A stretch of 61,290 nucleotides of DNA from Candidatus Marsarchaeota archaeon (lineage in GTDB: Archaea > Micrarchaeota > Micrarchaeia > Micrarchaeales > CABMGC01). Below the pieces are notes generated by a model. It did not search any database, was not told the origin of the DNA, and saw only the letters and a list, made by a program, of their open reading frames with translations. Shown here one piece after another: positions 47,598 to 55,934 of this stretch; the first letter of the stretch is position 1; each line of letters begins with the position of its first letter. The stretch is from positions 1-61,290 of the forward strand of contig JAMCYP010000023.1 in the NCBI GenBank assembly GCA_023476545.1, given 5' to 3'. A program made the translations under genes and the position numbers.

Positions 47598-49118
47598 CTA
47601 AAGCTCGTTGAAGTCCATCACGTTTATGCGTCCGCTGTTCGCTTCGTATATAGGAAGCAGTCCGGGTGAGGGCACATGACCCTGCTTTATCTGGTATCCG
47701 GTTCTTCCCTGCCAGGTGCCGCTGTTTATCAGGAGCGTGCCGTGATAGGCGTCGTAGCCATTCTTGTGTATGTGGCCCATGTGAAGTATGTCAGGCACCT
47801 CGTTAATCACCAGAGAGTCGTTCTTGCTCGGCACCACGATATTTCCTCCGTATATCGGAGACAGGTGCCTGCGCTTCAGTATCTCGCGCATCGCATCAGT
47901 CGGCGTGCCATAGCTGCATCCCGGAATGCTCCTTATCACCGAGTCCAGCGAGGTGCCGTGGTACGCGAGTATCTTCACTCCGTGCAGGTTGAGATAGCAC
48001 GGGTTGGTCATCATGTGTACGTTGTCGCGCTTGAAGTCATTGAGGAAGCCGTTCCCCACCCTGGGCTGCGGCTCAGCCCGCTGTACGGCATCGTGGTTTC
48101 CTGGTATGATGAACGTCTCTATGTAGTCTGGTATGCTCTGCATGAAGTCGAAGAAGACAGAGTACTGTTTGTAGATGTCGTCTATGTTAAGCTCTTTGTC
48201 CTGCTCTGGGTATATTCCGATGCCGTCTACCAGGTCGCCAGCCACCACCAGATACTTTATCTTGGCCGCAAGGTCCTTCCTGTAGTCGACTCCCCCGTTT
48301 ATCCATTCGAGGAACTTTGCAAACTGCTTCTCCATGAACAGCTTGTGGCCCACGTGCACGTCTGAGAGCAGCGCGATGCCTATGTCCTCCTCGCTCTTTC
48401 CGGTTTGGTGAACCGGAACATCGGGCCAGAGCATCCTGTTCGCAATTATGAACTGGTTCCACGTCTTGCCCTTTACCGCCACCACGTCGTCCTTGACGAG
48501 TCGCGACGCCGAGTCAAAAAGTTCGTTCTGCTCATCTTTTATCTTCCTCGCAGGCTTCATGAAAAGTATCTTTACCGTGCCAGTCTCATCCTCGAGGGTG
48601 ATCATCACATTGCCTTTCGCGGTGACCACCTTGTCGTAGATCATGCCTACAACAGCGATATCCCTGCCGCTCATGTACTGCTTTGCGCTCTCAATGTTTC
48701 CAAGTATGCCGCTGAAACCGTTGCCGTAGGACCTTATTATCTCCTTGATCCTTGAAAATCTGTCCTGAAAGTAATCTATGAAGTCGGTTACGTTGGAAGA
48801 TGTGCGTTCTACCTTTACATCCCTCGCCCTGAACTCGGGTTCTATCTCTTTTGCGTAAGGCTTGAAGTCTGCAGACCTGATCACCTCCACCTGCACGGGC
48901 TCTTTTCTCTCGCGCGCCTTTGATATTATCTCAAGTAGCTCCTTCTTTCCCATCACCTTGCTTTCCGAGTCCTGGTATCTCTCTATTATTTTGGCAACTA
49001 GAGGTTCTGTGTCTACGTTCGCGAGATCCGATTCACTTATGTCTGAGCTTATGATGACTTTGCCGCTCAGTCTAGACACAAGCTCAAGCAGGCCTTCCCC
49101 AGCCATACATTCCCTCAA
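47598..49118 (-). CDS. dp1: DNA polymerase II (PolD) small subunit DP1 (Mre11-like 3'-5' exonuclease)
   Basis: 506 aa. OB region, then calcineurin-like phosphoesterase motifs 'LLSDVHVG', 'VVAGDLVDG', 'IPGNHD' and 'MGHIH'. The TAG stop is in frame with DP2. Confidence 0.92.
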   Translation of the reverse strand: MRECMAGEGLLELVSRLSGKVIISSDISESDLANVDTEPLVAKIIERYQDSESKVMGKKELLEIISKARERKEPVQVEVIRSADFKPYAKEIEPEFRARDVKVERTSSNVTDFIDYFQDRFSRIKEIIRSYGNGFSGILGNIESAKQYMSGRDIAVVGMIYDKVVTAKGNVMITLEDETGTVKILFMKPARKIKDEQNELFDSASRLVKDDVVAVKGKTWNQFIIANRMLWPDVPVHQTGKSEEDIGIALLSDVHVGHKLFMEKQFAKFLEWINGGVDYRKDLAAKIKYLVVAGDLVDGIGIYPEQDKELNIDDIYKQYSVFFDFMQSIPDYIETFIIPGNHDAVQRAEPQPRVGNGFLNDFKRDNVHMMTNPCYLNLHGVKILAYHGTSLDSVIRSIPGCSYGTPTDAMREILKRRHLSPIYGGNIVVPSKNDSLVINEVPDILHMGHIHKNGYDAYHGTLLINSGTWQGRTGYQIKQGHVPSPGLLPIYEANSGRINVMDFNEL

Positions 49119-49275
49119 ATAACAAGTAGCAAAGGAAATTGTGTGCGCTTTAATATAAAGGTTTATCCATAGCGTTCTACATCAAAATAAAAGAGAAAGC
49201 AACACTCGTCATAACGAACAACAGGCATAATAAGACTTTTAATTAGATTTATCCATCCCTAACAAAGTTAATCGC
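49119..49275. other. AT-rich intergenic region (divergent promoter region of dp1 and the kinase-like ORF)
   Basis: 157 nt, the most AT-rich non-coding stretch in the window. Contains 'TTTAATATAAAGG' and two copies of 'TTTATCCAT' (about 49162 and 49250). No ORB-like repeat recognised. Confidence 0.5.
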
Positions 49276-50007
49276 ATGTTCAGGTACACTACAAGAAAAG
49301 AGATGGATAAATTTTTGCAGCACTTAGTGGAATCTAAAACGTTTGATGCTATTTTAAGACTGCCTTCTACCAAACCCTATGACTTTTTAGCCAGCTTAGT
49401 GTTCGTAAACAAAATAGACGAAAACAAGCTTAAGATGAAAATCAAGAAGTTAAAGAGCAAAATGTGCAAGATCAAGATATCTGAGATAAACAAAAAATCA
49501 AACAAACTCTTTTTCAAGTGCATAGACGTTCGGACTTTTCATAAGATTAGAAAGATCTTGCCACATTCGATTCTAAGGGATCGCGCAGCAAAATATTTGG
49601 AAGACGAGTTCCTATCGGCGCTGGACATTTATGCAGCAATCCCCGAAAGTACACCGCGACCAATTGCTTTAGTGACAAGCAAGAATGGTCGAAAAACTAT
49701 CGGTGCGCTTTATGAATATGTCGAAGGCAGGAACCTAAACGAGTGCGACGAGCGATTTCGTAAAATGAATGATTATAAGAGCTCAATAAAAGCGAGGTCA
49801 GACCTCGTGGCCGCAATCAAAAGACTGCAGTCTAGAAATGCCGCCCATGGAGATATCAGTCCAGAAAACGTGTTGGTAACAAACCGCGGCATTAAGCTTA
49901 TAGACCCCGCTCCGATAAGCGAATTTTATAGGAACCGTATTTGGGATAAGCTGTTATACCTAGAAGGATATAAACGAGACATACTTGTTAAGTTCGACTT
50001 CAGGTAG
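49276..50007 (+). CDS. protein-kinase-like fold protein (RIO/Kdo/Bud32-like atypical kinase), low-GC orphan
   Basis: 243 aa. Hinge-like 'ALYEYVEGRNL', catalytic-loop-like 'AAHGDISPENVLV' (HxDxxxxN) and a DFG-equivalent 'IKLIDPA'. No clear Gly-rich loop. GC is clearly below neighbouring genes (about 40% by eye). Confidence 0.6.
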   Translation: MFRYTTRKEMDKFLQHLVESKTFDAILRLPSTKPYDFLASLVFVNKIDENKLKMKIKKLKSKMCKIKISEINKKSNKLFFKCIDVRTFHKIRKILPHSILRDRAAKYLEDEFLSALDIYAAIPESTPRPIALVTSKNGRKTIGALYEYVEGRNLNECDERFRKMNDYKSSIKARSDLVAAIKRLQSRNAAHGDISPENVLVTNRGIKLIDPAPISEFYRNRIWDKLLYLEGYKRDILVKFDFR

Positions 50008-50034
50008 AATACACTTTCGGCAGTGTCAATCCAG

Positions 50035-50304
50035 CTAGTCCTTGACTGATTCAAGAAGGCTGAGTATGTTCCAGATCACAGTCCTGGCATACGGGGGCAG
50101 GTTTATGTCGTTGCTGACCTCGTCTATCTTGTAGGTCGCGCTTGACGACTTGACAGAGTAGTTGCCCTCTCCCTGCGAGAGCGCCTTCTTCGCGTCTTCC
50201 AGAGCCGCCTTCACGTTCCTGGGAACGCTGTTGTCGTTAAGCAGTATGTCTATCTGCTGCTTCACCTGCGTAATCGTTTCCTCGTGAGTCTTGTCATCTT
50301 TCAT
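50035..50304 (-). CDS. UPF0147 family protein
   Basis: 89 aa. 'LNDNSVPRNVKAALEDAKKAL' ... 'SNDINLPPYARTVIWNILSLLE' matches the archaeal UPF0147 pattern as I remember it. Confidence 0.65.
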   Translation of the reverse strand: MKDDKTHEETITQVKQQIDILLNDNSVPRNVKAALEDAKKALSQGEGNYSVKSSSATYKIDEVSNDINLPPYARTVIWNILSLLESVKD

Positions 50305-50314
50305 CTAATCACCA

Positions 50315-50405
50315 ACGGGCCCGGCGGGATTTGAACCCGCGACCTTCAGCTTGCTTTGCACGATGCGTAGAAGGCTGTTGCTCTATCCAAGCTGAGCTAC
50401 GAGCC
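50315..50405 (-). tRNA. tRNA-Arg (anticodon UCU) with a 16-nt intron at the canonical 37/38 position; no encoded CCA
   Basis: Manual fold of the reverse complement:
- Acceptor GGGCUCG / CGGGCCC (one G-U pair).
- D arm GCUC-AGCUUGGAUA-GAGC.
- Anticodon stem ACAGC / GCUGA (27:43 is A-A).
- Anticodon loop CU-UCU-A, then intron CGCAUCGUGCAAAGCA (50351-50366), then A.
- Variable loop AGGUC; T arm GCGGG-UUCAAAU-CCCGC; discriminator G. Confidence 0.8.
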
Positions 50406-50413
50406 CAGGATAG

Positions 50414-51172
50414 TCATATGTAAAACAGCCTTCTTATGTTTTCTGTTGTTTTTGCCGCGACCTCATCAAGCGGAACACCCTTTAAACGGGCAACAATTTC
50501 GCAAACCCCTATCACATCAGCAGGAGTTTTCCCAACTACAGGAGAATCTGTCTCTACGACTATGCTACTTAAGTCGACCGCATTTATAATCCTTTTCCTC
50601 TTTCCAGTAATCGCCGGCGGCACCGATATCAGATAACCCTTTTTTGCTACGTCTATTGCCTGATTCTCGTCCCCTTCGAAGAAGTGAAAGATCGCACGCC
50701 TTATCTGCGCTTCAGAGAGCATCCTCAGGGTATCGTCCAGCATGCCTCTGCAGTGGATCACAACAGGCATGTCAAGGTCCCTTGCCGCCTGCAGCTGCCT
50801 TCCGAACACATCCCGCTGCACGTCCATGCGGTTGGAATCTGCAACCTTTGCATCCAACCCTATCTCGCCTATGCCCACTATGTGCCTGCTGCTCTTGATC
50901 AGCCCATCGATCTCCAACACCGACGCCGAGTCCTTTGCAGAAAAATCTGGACCGATTCCCACCACCGCGAAGATGCCGAGCTTCTCCGCAAGGCTTGCGT
51001 TCTCGAAGTTGTCCTTGGCGCTCCCCCCCGCGCTTATTATCGTGCCTACGCCCCTCTTCCTTGCGTTCTCCACGGTCTCGGCTGGGTCGTCAAAGAGATT
51101 TAGGTGGCAGTGAGCGTCAGAGAACTCTGCGCCGGCTTCTATCTTCTGTCTCTCTATAGTAAGCGACTGCAT
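50414..51172 (-). CDS. tatD: TatD-family metal-dependent hydrolase
   Basis: 'FSDAHCHLN', 'IGEIGLD', 'PVVIHCR' and 'ETDSP'. Confidence 0.85.
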   Translation of the reverse strand: MQSLTIERQKIEAGAEFSDAHCHLNLFDDPAETVENARKRGVGTIISAGGSAKDNFENASLAEKLGIFAVVGIGPDFSAKDSASVLEIDGLIKSSRHIVGIGEIGLDAKVADSNRMDVQRDVFGRQLQAARDLDMPVVIHCRGMLDDTLRMLSEAQIRRAIFHFFEGDENQAIDVAKKGYLISVPPAITGKRKRIINAVDLSSIVVETDSPVVGKTPADVIGVCEIVARLKGVPLDEVAAKTTENIRRLFYI

Positions 51173-51186
51173 CTGCTGGGGCGTAT

Positions 51187-51792
51187 CTACTCCTCAGGGC
51201 GTTCGTCAACCATCCCTGTAACATATAGGAACTTGTCCTCTTTTATGTATTTCAGCCCGTCCTGCCTGACGTGCTTCGAGATGAACGTTTCCAACACGTT
51301 CCTCATCAGGCCTATGAGCGTCTTGTCGTCCACATTCAGAGGCACATGATAGTACTCGTCGGTAAGAGTTCCAGTGACCTTCTCGTCCTTTCTCAGGAGC
51401 GCCCGCATCCTGAGACTTTCAGCCAGGCTCTCCTCGTCAGTGTCGCCTATCCAGATATGGTAGATGCCAGGTATCTGCATCATCTCCCGCATCTTCTCCA
51501 CGTACTTCCTGTGAACGAAGAACGCTGCCCTGGTATTGAACTCTATAAGGTCGTCGGTCTCCGTCTTCCAGTTTGCGGTCAGGTCAGACATGAGGGAACG
51601 TCCGTTCCTGAGCGTTGTCTTAACGTTCCTCAACCCCCACATCCCAAGCTCTCTGGCGGCGTAGAGAAACGCAACCTCATACCTGCTTGTGGCGCTCGGT
51701 CTCTCCAGTCCGTAGAACCCGGAACGCGGCAGCTCCTCCTCCTGCCTTGCCAGCGTAGCCTTCTGAGCTATCAACTGCTCCCCCAACGCCAA
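51187..51792 (-). CDS. hypothetical protein
   Basis: 201 aa with protein-like composition, upstream of tatD on the same strand. No motif recognised. Confidence 0.5.
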   Translation of the reverse strand: MALGEQLIAQKATLARQEEELPRSGFYGLERPSATSRYEVAFLYAARELGMWGLRNVKTTLRNGRSLMSDLTANWKTETDDLIEFNTRAAFFVHRKYVEKMREMMQIPGIYHIWIGDTDEESLAESLRMRALLRKDEKVTGTLTDEYYHVPLNVDDKTLIGLMRNVLETFISKHVRQDGLKYIKEDKFLYVTGMVDERPEE

Positions 51793-51865
51793 ACTATATC
51801 AGCATCTTTTAATATACCTTGTCTTGCAAATAGTTTACAGATACAACCACAGCTCAGCGTGTTAC

Positions 51866-52921
51866 ATGAAGAAGCAGAAATTGACTTACGGCACCACCAA
51901 CAAATTACTGATCGCAGCGATAGCCGTGGGCATTGTGGCGATCGTCATGTCTTCCTACGCAATACTGAATCCACAGGTGAGGATAGTATACAGGAACGTG
52001 ACAGCGAACGCCAGCACGGTGCAGGGCTACAACATCACCGGCAGCCTTCTGGAGCCGCCAACCAGCTTCCCTGACGCGCCTGTCATAACACAGAACCAGT
52101 CGTTCGGCAGCAGACTCACCAACATTAATGCCCAGTTCAACGCAAGCGAACTGGCGGTAATCAACAACGCACCCAACTCCTACTTCGAGCAGGCGGGAGA
52201 GATGCTTCTCAACGGGACGCTTAACAACACTGTAGGCACGGCCACAAAGAAACTTCCTATCTTCTCCGTGAATGGGAAACCCACGGTCCTGTACCTCGGT
52301 TCCATAACCTGCATCTTCTGCGGCGAGAACAGGTGGGCCATGGCAATGGCGCTCTCCAGGTTCGGCAGCTTCTCGCACCTGTTCAAGGGCTACAGCTCCC
52401 TGGGCGACGGCGACATGCCAACCCTATACTGGGCGCCCGCGCACTACAACTCATCGTCGACGGTGTTCGGCAACTTCTACCAAAGCAACCTCATCAACTT
52501 CGTCTCTATAGAGGACGCCAACCCGATATCCGGAGGTTTCTCGCTCAACCCAATGTCCCTGATACAGCAGAGGGTCAACCAGACCAAAAACACGGTCTAC
52601 ACTGACGCGCTCAGCTACCTGATAAGCACAAACGACTTCAGCGGCACTCCGTTCACCGTATGGGGGTCATACGAGGTCGGTGGCGCAGACGCGGTGATCT
52701 TCGGTAACAACACCAACAAGGAGGGAACCGCCCCACTGCAGCACATGACGCATCAGGACGTTCTCAGCCAGTTTGCGCAGTCCAACGACCAGTTCGCGTT
52801 GTCGGAATATGCGGCAGCAGACGTCTATGTCGCGCTGATGTGCAAGACGCTGAACAACACCCCGAGCGTCTGCACCGCCATACCTTCGATACAGGCCATT
52901 GAGACGAAGATGGGGCTCTAA
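51866..52921 (+). CDS. DUF929-like membrane-anchored thioredoxin-fold protein (CxxC), sequon-rich
   Basis: Start moved to the ATG at 51866 (MKKQKLTYG...), followed by TM 'LLIAAIAVGIVAIVMSSY'. 'LYLGSITCIFCGENRWAMAMALSRFGSF' matches the DUF929 core pattern (CxxC + ERW..ALSRFG). Many N-x-S/T sites, so predicted extracytoplasmic. Confidence 0.65.
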   Translation: MKKQKLTYGTTNKLLIAAIAVGIVAIVMSSYAILNPQVRIVYRNVTANASTVQGYNITGSLLEPPTSFPDAPVITQNQSFGSRLTNINAQFNASELAVINNAPNSYFEQAGEMLLNGTLNNTVGTATKKLPIFSVNGKPTVLYLGSITCIFCGENRWAMAMALSRFGSFSHLFKGYSSLGDGDMPTLYWAPAHYNSSSTVFGNFYQSNLINFVSIEDANPISGGFSLNPMSLIQQRVNQTKNTVYTDALSYLISTNDFSGTPFTVWGSYEVGGADAVIFGNNTNKEGTAPLQHMTHQDVLSQFAQSNDQFALSEYAAADVYVALMCKTLNNTPSVCTAIPSIQAIETKMGL

Positions 52922-53437
52922 ATGCCAGCATCAAAAAAGAGGGACACAAGGGCTCGTGCGTTTGCGCAGATATTCGCCTCACCTTTCTACATAGCCGTTG
53001 TCGTTGCAGCCATAGCGGTCTATTATGAGCTCTTCCACTACCTGATAGTGAGCAGCAACGATGGCATCTTCCTTGTCACGGTTCCCCTGTACCTGATATA
53101 CGCGCTCATCTTCACAGCGTCGCTTCTCTTCGCCACCAGCGTATTCGCGGTGGGCAAGTCGGTAAAGGCCAGATACGCTGGTGCGGAAGGAGGAGTGCTG
53201 AGCGCCTTCACGTCTTCCATTGGCGGTCTGGTGGTCGGTTGCAGCTGCTACGCGCCGATCTTCTCTTCCGTGCTCTATGCCATAGGATTCGGAACCCTGC
53301 AGGTGAGCAGCGCAATATCGTTCCTTGGAGCCTATCAATCGTGGTTCGTAGTCGTCTTTATCGCGGCAAATCTAATCTTTATATACTATCAGCTCGGAAG
53401 GATAATCCGTATAGGCGGCATGCCCAAACGCGGGTAG
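52922..53437 (+). CDS. hypothetical 4-TM membrane protein with a single 'GCSC' motif
   Basis: 171 aa. The ATG directly abuts the DUF929 gene's TAA. About four hydrophobic helices. The only cysteines are in 'LVVGCSCYAPIF', inside a predicted TM. Confidence 0.55.
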   Translation: MPASKKRDTRARAFAQIFASPFYIAVVVAAIAVYYELFHYLIVSSNDGIFLVTVPLYLIYALIFTASLLFATSVFAVGKSVKARYAGAEGGVLSAFTSSIGGLVVGCSCYAPIFSSVLYAIGFGTLQVSSAISFLGAYQSWFVVVFIAANLIFIYYQLGRIIRIGGMPKRG

Positions 53438-53457
53438 CCGCTTGCGTGTTGTTTCGA

Positions 53458-54468
53458 ATGCAGGCGAGAAGGACAAAGGCTGTAAAGGGGCGCAAACACA
53501 CCGCTGCAAGGCGAGGCGCAGGGAAGGGACGCTCCCGCGCACACCGCACAGAGCTGTCAGGCAGCCACGAGGAGTTCCTGCTCAAAAAACTGTTAGATTC
53601 GCACCACAGCGCCGCCTCAAGGAGCCTGATCCTGCAGGATCTTCTCTATAGTTCGTCGCCCGAACTACGCGTGTTGGCATTCAAGTCAGGATACAATCTT
53701 GGAGCTGAGGCGTACAGGAAGTCGCCAGGCGGCACAGGGGCGCTGCAACGCATTCTAGAGAACGCGGGCATGGGGAGCATAGTATACTACCCATTCGAAT
53801 CAAGGAGCACGTTCGCCTCGCGAACAACAAGATCCGGAGGACAGAACCTCGGGATAAATATCCATGTGTTCGAGTCCGGAATAATCTCAGGCTACCTGTC
53901 TGCGCACGCAGGCACCAGTGTAGTCGCAGAGGAGAAGTCCTGCGTGTTCAACGGCGCAAGCCACTGCATGTTCGTGGCCAGGCCCGGCTCGCAGCATGCA
54001 GAGCTAGGCGCCTCGCTTGAGTTCGCAGACCTGCTGCGCGCGGCAAGGCACGCTATAGAATCAGCGGAGCACAGGCACGGATGGGAAGGCTACTGCACGC
54101 TGGAGAGCATGCCGCTCTTCTCCGAGCCCGTCTTCTCAGAGATGCTCAAGTTCCTGTACCTGCTGGGCAAGATGTCCGCCTCAGACCATCTGCCGCGGCC
54201 CGAGCATGAGATCACGATGGCAGCCAAATTCGCCGGGATTGAGGGCGCAAAGGTCAGGAAGAGCAAGAAGCAGGGGCTCAGCATCATGCTTGAGTACGGG
54301 CATGAAACCTCTGTAGGAAGGTTTGTGGACCTCACTTCAGCGTTCATTTCAGGAGTCGCAAAGGGCGCGTACGGCAGGAGCGTGCAGGCGTCCCGAAGCC
54401 TGAGCTCCAAAGGAGTTTATAATGTTAGGATGGAGTTATTAGGGAAAAAGACAGAGTGGCGTAGATGA
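53458..54468 (+). CDS. V4R-domain protein (hypothetical small-molecule-binding protein)
   Basis: Start moved to ATG 53458; the ORF-track start overlaps the membrane protein gene. Basic N-terminus. V4R-like 'SGIISGYLSAHAGTSVVAEEKSCVFNGASHCMFV' (C..G...C.F). A second, degenerate V4R-like half follows. Confidence 0.55.
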   Translation: MQARRTKAVKGRKHTAARRGAGKGRSRAHRTELSGSHEEFLLKKLLDSHHSAASRSLILQDLLYSSSPELRVLAFKSGYNLGAEAYRKSPGGTGALQRILENAGMGSIVYYPFESRSTFASRTTRSGGQNLGINIHVFESGIISGYLSAHAGTSVVAEEKSCVFNGASHCMFVARPGSQHAELGASLEFADLLRAARHAIESAEHRHGWEGYCTLESMPLFSEPVFSEMLKFLYLLGKMSASDHLPRPEHEITMAAKFAGIEGAKVRKSKKQGLSIMLEYGHETSVGRFVDLTSAFISGVAKGAYGRSVQASRSLSSKGVYNVRMELLGKKTEWRR

Positions 54469-55934
54469 ATCTAGCATTTTTGGACTCGATACTCAAGTAT
54501 GTGCCGGGCATAGGCAAGCCCAACGCTCCGCTCTCATTCAGGGAGAAGCTGAAGTGGACCGGCATAATCATGGCCATCTACTTCCTCATGTTCAGCACGC
54601 CGGCGTTCGGCGTCAGCACAGCGACGATAAACCAGCCGCTCATCCAGCTCATAAGCGTAATATTCGCCAGCAGGATAGGCAGCCTCATCACTGTAGGCAT
54701 AGGCCCTATCGTACTAGCCAGCATAGTGCTGCAGCTGATAATCGGGGCCGGGTTGTTCCAGATAGACCTGAACGACCCAGTGCAGAAGGGCAGGTTCCAG
54801 GCAATACAGAAGCTCGCCGCCATGTCGATAGCTGTGGTGGAATCATACATCTTCGTTGCCACTGGCTATGTGCCGCTTGTGAGTTCCGCATACACTGGCG
54901 TGGTGGTCTTCCAGCTCGCGCTCAGCGCCATCTTCATAGTCTTCCTTGACGAGGCGATGACCAAGTGGGGGATCACGTCTGGCATCAACCTCTTCATAGC
55001 AGGGGGCGTAGCCTACGCGATAATAGCCGGAACTAGCACGATACTTCTCGGAGAGGCGATACAGGCGATAGTGAGCGGGGGCGCGACCGCCATACCAAAC
55101 GCCATACTCGCGTTCGGCCCTCTCTTCTTCGCGATACTGGTCTTCCTGATAAGCATCTACGCGTATGACATGAAGGTCGAGATACCGCTCGTGTTCAGCC
55201 AGATAAGGGGAATAGGCGGAAGGCTGCCCATCCCGTTCCTGTACGTGAGCGTGCTCCCTGTCATACTTGCGACCTCGTTCGAGCTCAGCATGACCGTGTG
55301 GTTCAGGTTCTTCGCCGGAGTCACCGGGGCGTTCGCCAACCTCGCCAAGTTCATAGCCCTGTATCAGGTGACGCCTTCTGCAACTGGCACTTCTTCGCTC
55401 AACCTGGTCGGCGGCATCGTGTACCTGATATCGCCCAACTTCCCGCTTCCGTACTCTACGACTTACGGGGGAATAGGCGGGTACAGCGCCTACTTCTCAT
55501 ACCTGGCAACGGGCACGAGCCAGCTATACCTGCCGTGGGGAGGCATCCTCGCGGTTCCGGAATACGTGCACATACTGATCTACACCCTTGTCCTGGTGGT
55601 GCTTGCGGTGGTGTTCGGAAGGTTTTGGATAGAGATGACAGGGCAAAGCCCGCACCATGTGGCAGAGCAGCTTGAGGACGTCGGATGGCAGGTTCCTGGC
55701 TTCAGGAGAGACCCGAGGATAGTCGAGAGCGTGCTGAACAAGTACATACCGACGATCACCGTGCTGGGCAGCATCTTCGTGGCGCTGCTCGCCGCCCTTG
55801 CGACGCTCACAGGAGCTGTAGGAACCGGAATGGGCATTCTGCTGACCGTAGGTATAATGTACATGATCTACCAGCAGCTGGAGCAGGAGCACGCCCTGGA
55901 CCAGTATCCGGAGCTGAACAAGATGCTGTCCTAA
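54465..55934 (+). CDS. secY: preprotein translocase subunit SecY
   Basis: 489 aa. 'FREKLKWTGIIMAIYFLMFSTP', 10 TM helices and a plug region 'GIGPIVLASIVLQLI'. Overlaps the V4R gene's stop (ATGA). Confidence 0.92.
   Translation: MNLAFLDSILKYVPGIGKPNAPLSFREKLKWTGIIMAIYFLMFSTPAFGVSTATINQPLIQLISVIFASRIGSLITVGIGPIVLASIVLQLIIGAGLFQIDLNDPVQKGRFQAIQKLAAMSIAVVESYIFVATGYVPLVSSAYTGVVVFQLALSAIFIVFLDEAMTKWGITSGINLFIAGGVAYAIIAGTSTILLGEAIQAIVSGGATAIPNAILAFGPLFFAILVFLISIYAYDMKVEIPLVFSQIRGIGGRLPIPFLYVSVLPVILATSFELSMTVWFRFFAGVTGAFANLAKFIALYQVTPSATGTSSLNLVGGIVYLISPNFPLPYSTTYGGIGGYSAYFSYLATGTSQLYLPWGGILAVPEYVHILIYTLVLVVLAVVFGRFWIEMTGQSPHHVAEQLEDVGWQVPGFRRDPRIVESVLNKYIPTITVLGSIFVALLAALATLTGAVGTGMGILLTVGIMYMIYQQLEQEHALDQYPELNKMLS

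Noticed and set aside
47598-47600. Pyrrolysine or global TAG recoding as an explanation for the in-frame TAG between dp1 and dp2
   Set aside because: TAG terminates several well-defined genes in this window (gyrA, the wHTH gene, rrp41, thermosome). No pyl genes are present here. Only local events remain plausible.
44136-49118. Inteins in PolD subunits (also checked gyrA, gyrB, cdc6 and the helicase)
   Set aside because: Protein lengths are normal for intein-free versions. No Cys/Ser...His-Asn-Cys/Ser/Thr splicing-block insertions interrupt the conserved motifs.
53239-53457. N-terminal 73 codons of ORF 53239..54468
   Set aside because: This part overlaps the 4-TM membrane protein gene in another frame and reads as Arg/Ser-rich low-information sequence. 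An ATG at 53458, just after that gene's stop, gives a sensible start.
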